From positions 62,001 through 105,608 of the forward strand of contig MU271292.1 of the NCBI GenBank assembly GCA_021432655.1: 43,608 nt of DNA. The letters are read 5' to 3'. Below, piece by piece: positions 1 through 11,200 of this stretch (its first letter is position 1; each line of letters begins with the position of its first letter). This DNA is from Atractiella rhizophila (taxonomy: Eukaryota). Below the pieces are notes generated by a model that made no database searches, was not told where the DNA came from, and saw only the letters and a program-made list of their open reading frames with translations. A program made the translations under genes and the position numbers.

Positions 1-843
1 GGGTTCGGCCTGGGTAGAATGGGCTTACCCGGGAGTGTAAAGATAAAAGGTGGGCTCGGAGTCGGTGGGATTCTGCCTCTCTATCGGGGACGGGATGGAG
101 AAGTGGACGGAGAAGCTGGTGAACCGCGCGAGAGAAAGAGCATGAAGATGGCCGTTGATCGAGTGCGACAACTCGGACGTTCAGTCAGCGCATTCAAGAG
201 GAACGATCAGAGAAATGATCAGACTTCCCAAGAACCGGCTCCGTTCAGTCAATTAGAGGCTCGGAAACCAATCTCGAGCAGGGATCTTCCCCCTACAGTG
301 GTCAAGATCGGGAATGGACTTGGAAACATCCCCAAGAAACCGAGCAGAGAGAACATCCGACCGCTTCCCTCTGAGCCAAGACCGCAACTTTCTCTTCCCT
401 CAAATCCCTCAAACCCTCCTCCTCCTCCGCAGCCCGTAGCACAGACATCCCTTCCTTCAGACCTTCCGTACGCTTCTACTTCCTCTACACAAATCAAGAC
501 TGCCGCTCCTCGGCCTCCACAACAACAAATGAGCATCCCCTTCCTCCTCCCCTCCACGTCTCCTCTTGGCTTGGGTTTCTCCTCCAATTCTCCCGTAGTT
601 GACGCTCGAGCTTCAGTCTCTGAATCACTCGGTGGCGTGACGCCTTTGTTGACCGCCAGAGGCTTGCCTAGCATGCCTTACACCCCGAGAGATAGCACCA
701 GTATAGAAGGAAGGCGAAGCGCGAGCATAGCGAGAGAGAAGAGGCTCACTGTCGAAACGGGTTTACGGATGCCCAGTGACGATAAGAAGGAAAAGGTGCA
801 GGCGGTGAATGGAGCGATTGACGGAAGAGGGGATATACTTTAG
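1..843 (+). CDS. 3' part of an unidentified gene (Pro/Ser-rich, low-complexity C-terminus), probably truncated by the window start
   Basis: Open frame of 274+ codons to TAG 841-843; disordered P/S-rich composition; no recognisable domain. Confidence 0.55.
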   Translation, partial: GFGLGRMGLPGSVKIKGGLGVGGILPLYRGRDGEVDGEAGEPRERKSMKMAVDRVRQLGRSVSAFKRNDQRNDQTSQEPAPFSQLEARKPISSRDLPPTVVKIGNGLGNIPKKPSRENIRPLPSEPRPQLSLPSNPSNPPPPPQPVAQTSLPSDLPYASTSSTQIKTAAPRPPQQQMSIPFLLPSTSPLGLGFSSNSPVVDARASVSESLGGVTPLLTARGLPSMPYTPRDSTSIEGRRSASIAREKRLTVETGLRMPSDDKKEKVQAVNGAIDGRGDIL

Positions 844-3800
844 TCTATCGCCTTCCAATGACGCAAATCCTGGTGATTTTTCAGTTTCATATATTTTAAA
901 GAACTGCTTGGATTCAATAAAGTGTGCTTGGGGTTCTTTCTTTGTATTTGAAAGGGCATAACCGTTTCTGGCCATCGTTTAGCACCAGCAGTTACAAACG
1001 ACATTCGACGAATGTAAATTCTGTAGCAAAACTTGTGCCTTTCGTACGGAGAACCTTCATTCTCTGGACTCCAAATGCTTGCAGTCCGCAGATTTTAAAG
1101 AATACCCGATGGTTTCATTAGAGGGTAAGTCTCGCGCAAGAAAGTCAGCTCGGAAAAGGCATTTGTCGTTTCCCAGCTTCCAATTGGTTGGTCCCTACAC
1201 TCGGACTTTTCAAAATTCAAAAACCACCGTTGCTCATGATCAAGCTCCCAAGTTTGGAGAGAGTCATATAGGTAGGCATTGTAGGCATGAGAGAAGATAA
1301 AAGAGCGCCGATATCTGTGGACGTTGGACTGGAGGATAGGGATTTGGAGCTAGTAGGTGTCTTGTTATGAATCTCCGTCATGGACTTGTCAATTTAACCA
1401 GCCAGAGAGCCATCAAAGGCACATTGACGGCAAGGCGTGATCCTGATCCTGACCGTGCAAATGCAAAGACTTGGTCATAACAAATTCGACACAGTCAAAT
1501 GTATCGCTGTTGAGATTATCAACTCCTTGTCATATAATTCCCTACCTTGTCTATGACGGCCCAAAAAGAGCTGAACTGCTGCTAATACTACCTAATGTGG
1601 AGGCCCTGCCTTGCGCTTGTCAAGTCCTTAGGCCTGCTTTGACCCAGCTCCAGGAACTCAAGCCATTGCTGGAGGGCCGACCCTGTAGTTGGTACTGCAT
1701 ACCAAGTTGCTGGTAGTGAGACTGATGTCTACCACAACTGCACATCCAAATATCTCCTTGTCAACGAATCTGAAAAGACTTTCCATACAGGTTTCCACGA
1801 ATGATGTGGATGTCGTGGCCCCAACTAGATCAGATGTTCAAACCAGCTTGGATAACATGAACGATGTCTTCAATTTGAATAAGAAAGGACTGTGGTGTTT
1901 GGCTGCTCAACACTTTTCAAGGTAACTGGTATCACCTCTCTTTTGTTAAGGAGCTAACATGCTGATGGCCCGGAAACTCAGCACTTGGGGAGATCGTTGC
2001 TCTGAATTTGCCTTTTACCTCTTTCTCATCGTTTTGTTCCCGAGTACACTTCTCCCAGCTTCGCTGTATGGATTCTTCACGACCAGTATGGGCTTTCCTT
2101 ATTGATCCAGAATGCGACTGAGAGAATATCAGGCTGTGGGGTAATTTTCTCACCATCCGTTGGAGGATTAGTCGACAGATACCCCCGCCTCAACCTCGTC
2201 CGCACATTCATCGTTCTACAAAAGATCTCATCAACGATCGCCTACGCTGTCAACTTGGTGCTCTTCGTGCACCAATCCACTTTCCACCTCTCCACCAACA
2301 GTTCAGGTGCTAAAGCTCAATCTCACGCTCCCCTCGCCTGGGTTCTGTTTGGTATCATCGTCCTTCTCGGTACAGTCCTCAAGCTTTCTACCGTCGGCAT
2401 TCAAGTTGCTATAGAGAGGGATTGGGCTACTACGATTGCGGGAGAGAACTCCGACGCTCTTACGAAGATAAATACGGTCCTAAGACGGATAGATCTCATC
2501 TCAAAGCTTGTAGCTCCTCTTTTCGTTTCTCTTCTCACTTCGACTACGGGATATCGCAACGCAGCTATCGGTTTACTTGCTTTTCAAACTGGGACCCTGA
2601 TGACAGAATTCTTTTGTACGTCCTCCTCCTCCACTCTGTTCCGAATGGAATAACTGGAACTTCTGCATCATGAAAGGGATAAGTGTCGTTTATACCAAGT
2701 TCCCTTCCCTCCAGCGGCACATACCCGAATTGCCACGACACTCCCTTTCTAAACCTCCCAAAGGGATGCGAAAGTTACAACCGTACTTCGAACTCTGGCT
2801 CCAATTTATCCACTCCAGCATCTTCCCCTCCTCCCTCGCCATCGCATTGCTGTATATGACCGTTCTCTCGTTTGACGGAACCCTCTTGTCATATCTGAAG
2901 ACGCACAAGTTTTCAGACGCCTTCCTAGCTGCCATGCGGGCTATCTGCGTCGTCGCCGGACTGGGAGGCACCTTTGTGATGCCTTGGTTGGAGAAGAAGG
3001 TCGGAGTATCCCTTCCTTCAGACCTTCCGTACGCTTCTACTTCCTCTACACAAATCAAGACTGCCGCTCCTCGGCCTCCACAACAACAAATGAGCATCCC
3101 CTTCCTCCTCCCCTCCACGTCTCCTCTTGGCTTGGGTTTCTCCTCCAATTCTCCCGTAGTTGACGCTCGAGCTTCAGTCTCTGAATCACTCGGTGGCGTG
3201 ACGCCTTTGTTGACCGCCAGAGGCTTGCCTAGCATGCCTTACACCCCGAGAGATAGCACCAGTATGGAAGGACGGCGAAGCGCGAGCATAGCGAGAGAGA
3301 AGAGGCTCACTGTCGAAACGGGTTTACGGATGCCCAGTGACGATAAGAAGGAAAAGGTGCAGGCGGTGAATGGAGCGATTGACGGAAGAGGGGATATACT
3401 TTAGTCTATCGCCTTCCAATGACGCAAATCCTGGTGATTTTTCAGTTTCATATATTTTAAAGAACTGCTTGGATTCAATAAAGTGTGCTTGGGGTTCTTT
3501 CTTTGTATTTGAAAGGGCATAACCGTTTCTGGCCATCGTTTAGCACCAGCAGTTACAAACGACATTCGACGAATGTAAATTCTGTAGCAAAACTTGTGCC
3601 TTTCGTACGGAGAACCTTCATTCTCTGGACTCCAAATGCTTGCAGTCCGCAGATTTTAAAGAATACCCGATGGTTTCATTAGAGGGTAAGTCTCGCGCAA
3701 GAAAGTCAGCTCGGAAAAGGCATTTGTCGTTTCCCAGCTTCCAATTGGTTGGTCCCTACACTCGGACTTTTCAAAATTCAAAAACCACCGTTGCTCATGA

Positions 3801-5569
3801 TCAAGCTCCCAAGTTTGGAGAGAGTCATATAGGTAGGCATTGTAGGCATGAGAGAAGATAAAAGAGCGCCGATATCTGTGGACGTTGGACTGGAGGATAG
3901 GGATTTGGAGCTAGTAGGTGTCTTGTTATGAATCTCCGTCATGGACTTGTCAATTTAACCAGCCAGAGAGCCATCAAAGGCACATTGACGGCAAGGCGTG
4001 ATCCTGATCCTGACCGTGCAAATGCAAAGACTTGGTCATAACAAATTCGACACGGTCAAATGTATCGCTGTTGAGATTATCAACTCCTTGTCATATAATT
4101 CCCTACCTTGTCTATGACGGCCCAAAAAGAGCTGAACTGCTGCTAATACTACCTAATGTGGAGGCCCTGCCTTGCGCTTGTCAAGTCCTTAGGCCTGCTT
4201 TGACCCAGCTCCAGGAACTCAAGCCATTGCTGGAGGGCCGACCCTGTAGTTGGTACTGCATACCAAGTTGCTGGTAGTGAGACTGATGTCTACCACAACT
4301 GCACATCCAAATATCTCCTTGTCAACGAATCTGAAAAGACTTTCCATACAGGTTTCCACGAATGATGTGGATGTCGTGGCCCCAACTAGATCACATGTTC
4401 AAACCAGCTTGGATAACATGAACGATGTCTTCAATTTGAATAAGAAAGGACTGTGGTGTTTGGCTGCTCAACACTTTTCAAGGTAACTGGTATCACCTCT
4501 CTTTTGTTAAGGAGCTAACATGCTGATGGCCCGGAAACTCAGCACTTGGGGAGATCGTTGCTCTGAATTTGCCTTTTACCTCTTTCTCATCGTTTTGTTC
4601 CCGAGTACACTTCTCCCAGCTTCGCTGTATGGATTCTTCACGACCAGTATGGGCTTTCCTTATTGATCCAGAATGCGACTGAGAGAATATCAGGCTGTGG
4701 GGTAATTTTCTCACCATCCGTTGGAGGATTAGTCGACAGATACCCCCGCCTCAACCTCGTCCGCACATTCATCGTTCTACAAAAGATCTCATCAACGATC
4801 GCCTACGCTGTCAACTTGGTGCTCTTCGTGCACCAATCCACTTTCCACCTCTCCACCAACAGTTCAGGTGCTAAAGCTCAATCTCACGCTCCCCTCGCCT
4901 GGGTTCTGTTTGGTATCATCGTCCTTCTCGGTACAGTCCTCAAGCTTTCTACCGTCGGCATTCAAGTTGCTATAGAGAGGGATTGGGCTACTACGATTGC
5001 GGGAGAGAACTCCGACGCTCTTACGAAGATAAATACGGTCCTAAGACGGATAGATCTCATCTCAAAGCTTGTAGCTCCTCTTTTCGTTTCTCTTCTCACT
5101 TCGACTACGGGATATCGCAACGCAGCTATCGGTTTACTTGCTTTTCAAACTGGGACCCTGATGACAGAATTCTTTTGTACGTCCTCCTCCTCCACTCTGT
5201 TCCGAATGGAATAACTGGAACTTCTGCATCATGAAAGGGATAAGTGTCGTTTATACCAAGTTCCCTTCCCTCCAGCGGCACATACCCGAATTGCCACGAC
5301 ACTCCCTTTCTAAACCTCCCAAAGGGATGCGAAAGTTACAACCGTACTTCGAACTCTGGCTCCAATTTATCCACTCCAGCATCTTCCCCTCCTCCCTCGC
5401 CATCGCATTGCTGTATATGACCGTTCTCTCGTTTGACGGAACCCTCTTGTCATATCTGAAGACGCACAAGTTTTCAGACGCCTTCCTAGCTGCCATGCGG
5501 GCTATCTGCGTCGTCGCCGGACTGGGAGGCACCTTTGTGATGCCTTGGTTGGAGAAGAAGGTCGGAGTA
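447..5569. repeat. Head-to-tail tandem duplication, 2561-bp unit (447-3007 / 3008-5568)
   Basis: Identical sequence at offset 2561; only 4 substitutions spotted by eye (705/3266, 712/3273, 1493/4054, 1833/4394); junction ggagt-A-tccc with 1-nt microhomology. Confidence 0.97.
1725..3404 (+). CDS. Chimeric copy: 5' part of ferroportin fused in frame to the duplicated C-terminus of the upstream gene
   Basis: Same exons as the intact ferroportin up to ...WLEKKVGV (3008), then reads SLPSDLPY...GRGDIL* identical to the upstream protein tail. Confidence 0.6.
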
Positions 5570-6330
5570 ATACGCGCCGGACTGTGGAGCATCTGGTCTG
5601 CCTTTCTTATTCATTTGATCCAATTTATGGCAGTCCTCAGAGAGAAATAGGACTCAAATCATTTGCCTGGTTCCTGTTCTGCTAACATTCTTTATCAAAG
5701 CTCCGCCTCCCGGTCAAAACGGACCAGTCTGGGGCTCGGTGCTGCTTTTTGGAGGTCCGTGCCTTTTCTGTCTCTCTATTGATTCTACGCAAGCAGAGAA
5801 ACAGGTCTCGCACTTTCAAGGATAGGATTATGGGCTTTTGATTTAGCACAGCTGAAGCAGTTGCAAACATCTTTACAAGGCCACACCAAACGAAATGCAT
5901 TGTAAGCTACCCTTTGAGGCATAGTTTGTGAACTTAACTGCCTCCAGAACGGCCCTTCAGTACTCGTTGCAGAATATTTTTGATCTGGCTAAGTCAGATA
6001 TTCTGCCGATGACCTCTTCACATTTAACACGCCTCTGCAGATACGTACTGACGATCATCCTGCACCGACCGTATGTTCCTTTGACGAGCTCACTACATCA
6101 TGAGATCTTATCGGACAGTCAGGTCACAATTTAAATGGGCAGTTCTAGTATCATTTATTAGCGTTTTCACAGGAGGCGAGTTCGCTTCTTTGTTCCTCCT
6201 GAACAGCAATCAGGCATTAACGCATGGGATTGCAGGATTAACTTACACCTTCTTTGCTAAGAGGGAGAGAGGACATATTTTGCATTGGGAGCGAGCTTAT
6301 GGTCTCCTTATGAAGAAAAATCCGTCATAA
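4286..6330 (+). CDS. Ferroportin (SLC40A1/FPN1-like) iron/metal exporter, multi-exon
   Basis: Spliced translation gives HFSSTWGDR.SEFA, GGLVDRYPRL, VAIERDW, INTVLRRIDLISKLVAP, ALLYMTVLSFDG, SRIGLWAFDL, Q.SLQNIFDL, all ferroportin hallmarks; canonical GT-AG introns; stop TAA 6328-6330. Confidence 0.93.
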
Positions 6331-6774
6331 TGCAAATGTGGTTCAAATTAATGCTAGAAATGGCAACAAGCATTAAATCCTTACTGCCAACCATGTTTCT
6401 CTCTGTAATGAGGAAGAACGATAATGTTGATGTAATGTATCTACAGGCTACGGCACATTGCAACTAAACTGGCGACGAAGGCATCACTTGTGCATATCCC
6501 ATCTTTTTACTCAATCCCACAGCGCAGCAAAGGGACCTAAGAAAGTAAAACTTACATTTTGTTATCTGGTAATGTCGGACAATGTTCTGGCACAATCGGA
6601 GACAAGAGTCGGCAAGACGCAACAGTCACTGCTGTTGAGAGGCATATGATTTATGTTAAGATGTTACAGTTGAAAACGGCTGTACCACTGGTCGCTGACC
6701 AAATTGCATCCAAGTAAAGCTACAAGCGACGCTTTCATGGTCAACCTTTTGCGCTGCTTCTCCACTACGGCGGA

Positions 6775-7471
6775 ATGTCGGCACGACAATTGCTGGCTAA
6801 GCTGGGTAACATAGCATCACCGCTGAGACAACTTCCATCGTCAGCCCGAATCAATCACATTCGCAATGGTCCCTCCCGCTTCGCAGTTCAAGTTCCACAA
6901 TCAAAGAAACAACATCATCCCACAAAATCTGTCCGCATTCAAGCTCAAAACCCGCTAATGTACAAATCTTTGCAGAAAGATGTGACAGAGGCGTTCTCCG
7001 TCACCTAGCTCAACAAAGCTCGTGTCACAGTGGAAGCAGAATGGCAGAGACTGCATCAGGTTTGTACTCCGCTGAACACGATTGAGGAAATGAATGGCGT
7101 AGGGCGGGCTGGTGCTGCTCTTCCCTGACGGAACGGATACACTAGCTTGGATCAAAACAGGCATCGAAGTCTACGATGGCCGTCAAAACGTCTCTACGGT
7201 TGCAACACCAGCTGGGGGGGAGGTGACATCTGACTGGTCTCTCGTACCCATCAGCTCCAGCAGAGCGACAATTGAAATTGAGAGGAAGGGAGTGGCGCTC
7301 TGGGTGTACATCGTTGGAGAGGATGGGAAGAGGTCAGGTGTCAGAGAAGTGACTTGGACGTTTGGGAAGCAGGATGCTGTGGTGGAAGTTGGAGTTTACT
7401 GTTGTCGCCCCTCACAAGGAGAAGGCACTGATGAGCTGACGGTTTCCTTCTCAGCCCTGCAAATCGAATAG
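6775..7471 (+). CDS. DUF1349 / Ree1-like concanavalin-fold protein (5' exon structure uncertain)
   Basis: Exons 7009-7059 (ARVTVEAEW..HQ) and 7103-7471 (GGLVL..WIKTGIE.YDG...STV....SDWS...VREVTW...VGVYCCRP..L.V.F) match DUF1349 motifs. Confidence 0.8.
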
Positions 7472-8230
7472 TGATATAAATGTTCTTCACAAATAAAACA
7501 AAGAGAAAGAGGTTGGACAAAGCGATTAGATACTTTATCTGATCAATGTGGATCTGTGGATCAACAACGGGCGTTCGAATTTCCCGAACGACGAACACGA
7601 GAGCATTATCGAAGCCCACTTGTGGTGAAAGAGAGGAAAACCTTTTGCTTTCCTTAACAGACTGACAATTGGTATACTGCCGAAGGTGCGCACCATCAAG
7701 TTGCACTCTCGTACAATGGTTTGGGAGATGTCAAGTTGGTACAGTGGGAACAAGCATGGTAGATAGATGGGTCTGAGGTTTATTTGGCTTTGCGCCAGTC
7801 CTGTTACCCAGCAAGCGCGCAATAGCACTGCCAGTCCTTGTTGGGGTGTTAGTGCGTCGACGTTGGACCTCGGCAAAGGCATAGCGGCGCTTGACGCTTG
7901 TTACCTTTGTCTACCGAGGGAGATGTCTTTCAACTCCTCATTCTCCTTCATCTGAAGTCTATGGCATCTGACCCTTCCTGCCGAATCCCTAAATTGGTTG
8001 TATATAGACTCTTGACTTCCTCGTTAAGAGCGTTTCTGAAATTGTAACCTGAAGAGTCCTCTCAGGGCTCCCTTGTGATGACGAAGGCTTGTACGCTACA
8101 GTCCTGTATTATTGTGGAGTGAATAATGTATTGACATCCGTACTTCAATAGTGGACAGACGAAGAGAAGCTTTCGAGAGGCGTAGGCTAGCTCCGATAGC
8201 CAGCATCTTCCGACGCTGACCGTGACATAG

Positions 8231-11200
8231 AAGAGGCTGAAAAACCTGTCGGGTTCACCAATTAACAAATCTCGACTGAAAGCACAACCATTACAACCGT
8301 CGTACCCCCTCGTTGCGCCGCCAGCTGTTGCTCCATCGAAGCAGTCAAACCCTTTGCCGCCCACGTCGAACTGCATCGGAGACGGGATGATCGACCCTGA
8401 CCTGCACAAACGGCTTGTGGATATCAAGAAAGTGAATACCAAAGGTCTCCGCATCCTTTCGATCGACAATGGAGGTGTTTGCGCTTTCTCTTGCCTTTAT
8501 ATGCTCGAGGCCATTATGGAGCAAGTCGCAGATCTCCTTCCTGGGAAGCCAGATCCCGGAACCCTTCGACCATGTCAATTCTTCGACCTCATCTGCGGTA
8601 CATCAACTGGAGGGTGGATTGCTTTGATGCTCGGGCGACTGGGCATGACCGTCCGAGAGTGCATGGACGCGTTTAACGAAATCGTAAAGGGGGTCTTCTG
8701 CGAGAAGAGTCTTTGTACAGGCAGCTCACCTGCTTATTCTGACAAAGCCCTTGAAGAAGTGTTCGAGATGATCGTTAGAGATTACATCCTCCTTCCGAAA
8801 GTTCGATGATTACCTCTTTGGAATCGACAGCACTTCCGATGACCGATTCTAACTTCGAAGAGCGGTGTCGAACCTTTGTCATCGCCACGTACGAAGCCGA
8901 TTCGGTTGTTCCCCTAGAGATGCGCACTTACAGTGTTCCCTCCGCTGGAGGATCCGCAGCCAAGTGCTCCGTCGTAGATGCTGCAAAAGCGACATCTGCA
9001 GAACCGGCATTCTTTCCTCCTGTCACTCTCGACAAGACAGTGTACGTCCTGGTTGGCAACAACAATCCGTCCTTTTTCGCTGCGAAAGAGGCAAAGAAGA
9101 TCTGGGGGGTTGGGATTGAAGTCATTTGTTTCCTCTCCTTGGGTGTTGGCATTCGACCTGCGGTGAAACTTGGATCGAAGCCAAGCGAGGTCGAGGACGC
9201 CTTCAAAAAGATAGTAGAAGACTGCTCCCGCGTTGACAAAGAAATGAAGAACGAGATGCAGGGCCGCGGGATTGGCCACTGCTACCATCGATTCAACGTT
9301 GACACGATGGTGGGCGTCCAATGGGACGAGTTTGGACGGATGAAGGATGTTGTGGGACAGACGAAAGCTTATTTGGGTGGAATGGGTTATGAAACGAAGG
9401 CCGTGGCAGAATCTATCATCCTTGGTGTGTTTTTGCCCCTCTCAGTTTCTAGACTCATGACAGGCCGGCAGCTCATCGTCATCGAGTGGCAGTTCATGAA
9501 AAGGAGCCTCTCCCACCGCGCGGCCTTTGCTATGGAAGAACGAAGGAGATCGAAGAGGTGAGGACGGCCGTTCTAAGGGGTCGCCACGTAGCAATCATGG
9601 GTCTAGCCGGAAATGGGAAATCTACCGTTGCGCTTTCCGTGTTACATGACGAGTGTGTGAAGCCTGCCTTCGTAGTTCGAGAAGGAGATTTTCTTGTCGA
9701 GCGACGGTTTTGGGTCCGTTGTGACGCCTTCACTTCCTTCGCCGGCCTTGAGAACCATTTGTGTCGCCGGGTCTTCGCTCTATCGCGCCGGTTTGGTATC
9801 ACGGATTTGATGGCTGTGGCTGAATTTTTTCAAAACAACAAATGCCTTCTCATCCTGGACAATTTTGAGACACCTGCAGATTCAGATTCAGAACGGATGC
9901 AACATTTCTTTCAGGCTCTCGTCGGCGAAGCAGGAGTTGGTTCTATTCTCGTGCTTGCCATGCGTGGATATCATGTCCCACGAATCGATGTGAAAAGCGC
10001 TGCTTTTGTGCGGGTTGTCGTTGACACACTGAAGGAGGATAAGGCGGCAGCAAGGGATACCTTCTGTCATTTCTATGAAGGTGGTCGGGACCCAACAAAT
10101 GCTGATGTCACATCAAAGATTTTGTCGTGCCTAGATTACCATCCTCTTTGTATCCGCCTTTTTGCTCTGAGAGCAAAGCACGATCCATCTTCCAGCATAG
10201 CATATCTTCTGGAACTTTGGCGCCACCAAGCCAGTGCAGTTCTTTCAGAAAACGCTGACGGTAGAGACGGTACTCCAACACTCGACATATCACTCGGATT
10301 TTCTCTCACGTCTCCAGTCATCAGAGAACGGCCAGGCAGCTTCCTTGCTTTGTCATTTCTGTCTTGGTCTCCAGATGGTCTCCTACGCGCCGACCTGAAG
10401 GACTTACTTGCTGGAGATTATCGAGCCATCGATGCTATTCTGAGTGTTGGACTGGCAGATGAGATTCCAGCAGTGAAGAGAGTCTCGCAATGCTTGCGCA
10501 TGCTCGCCCCAATTCGAAGGCTCCTCAACGAGCTTGTTATGAAACAAGTACCCCCTTTCCCTCTGCGAATCCTAGACTCACTTCAACCTCTCTCCAATTG
10601 CCTTCTTGTCAAAGCGCAAGACGTAATACACCAATTCGAAGTGACGAAGCAGCAGGATGCCCTATTCGAATTGAGAGAAGAATATCTCAGCTTTCGACAG
10701 GTTATTTCTGACACACTGCTGCACGTTCCAGAAATGAGCGGAAGCATCACAGTTTTCCTTTTGGAAAACTCGAATACCCTCCTTTACCAGGGGTTCGATA
10801 CAACACAGCTATTGCAGAGAACTTTATCCAACCAAGAGTTGTCTGCCCCAGTGTTAGTCCGCTTGCGGTTGTACCTCGGACAGGCATTGGAATTTCGAGG
10901 CTATATTAAGGAAGCCTTAGAAGAGCTGCATGGCTCAATGAGGGATAGTACAGACATTGAGAACAAAGCAAATTGCCTCGAATCTATAGGGCAGATCCAT
11001 TTTCGATGCGGGAGCAACGAAGAAGCACTGGAGCGGTTGAAGCAGGCCGAGGAGCTGTACATCTTGACGGGGAGTGCACAGGGGAGGGCAAACTGCATCC
11101 AATCCATGGGGAGGATCGATTTTCGATGCGGGAGGAATACTGAAGCGCTTGGGCGATTCAAGGAGGCGGAGGAGCTGTACATCTCGACGGGGGATCCAGT

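Noticed and set aside
860..1720. Short ORFs and scattered GATA-like words upstream of ferroportin
   Set aside because: No coding signature; no clear paired iron-GATA element distinguishable from chance
447..5569. LTR retrotransposon interpretation of the long direct repeats
   Set aside because: Copies are contiguous, contain host genes, lack TG..CA ends and enclose no gag/pol
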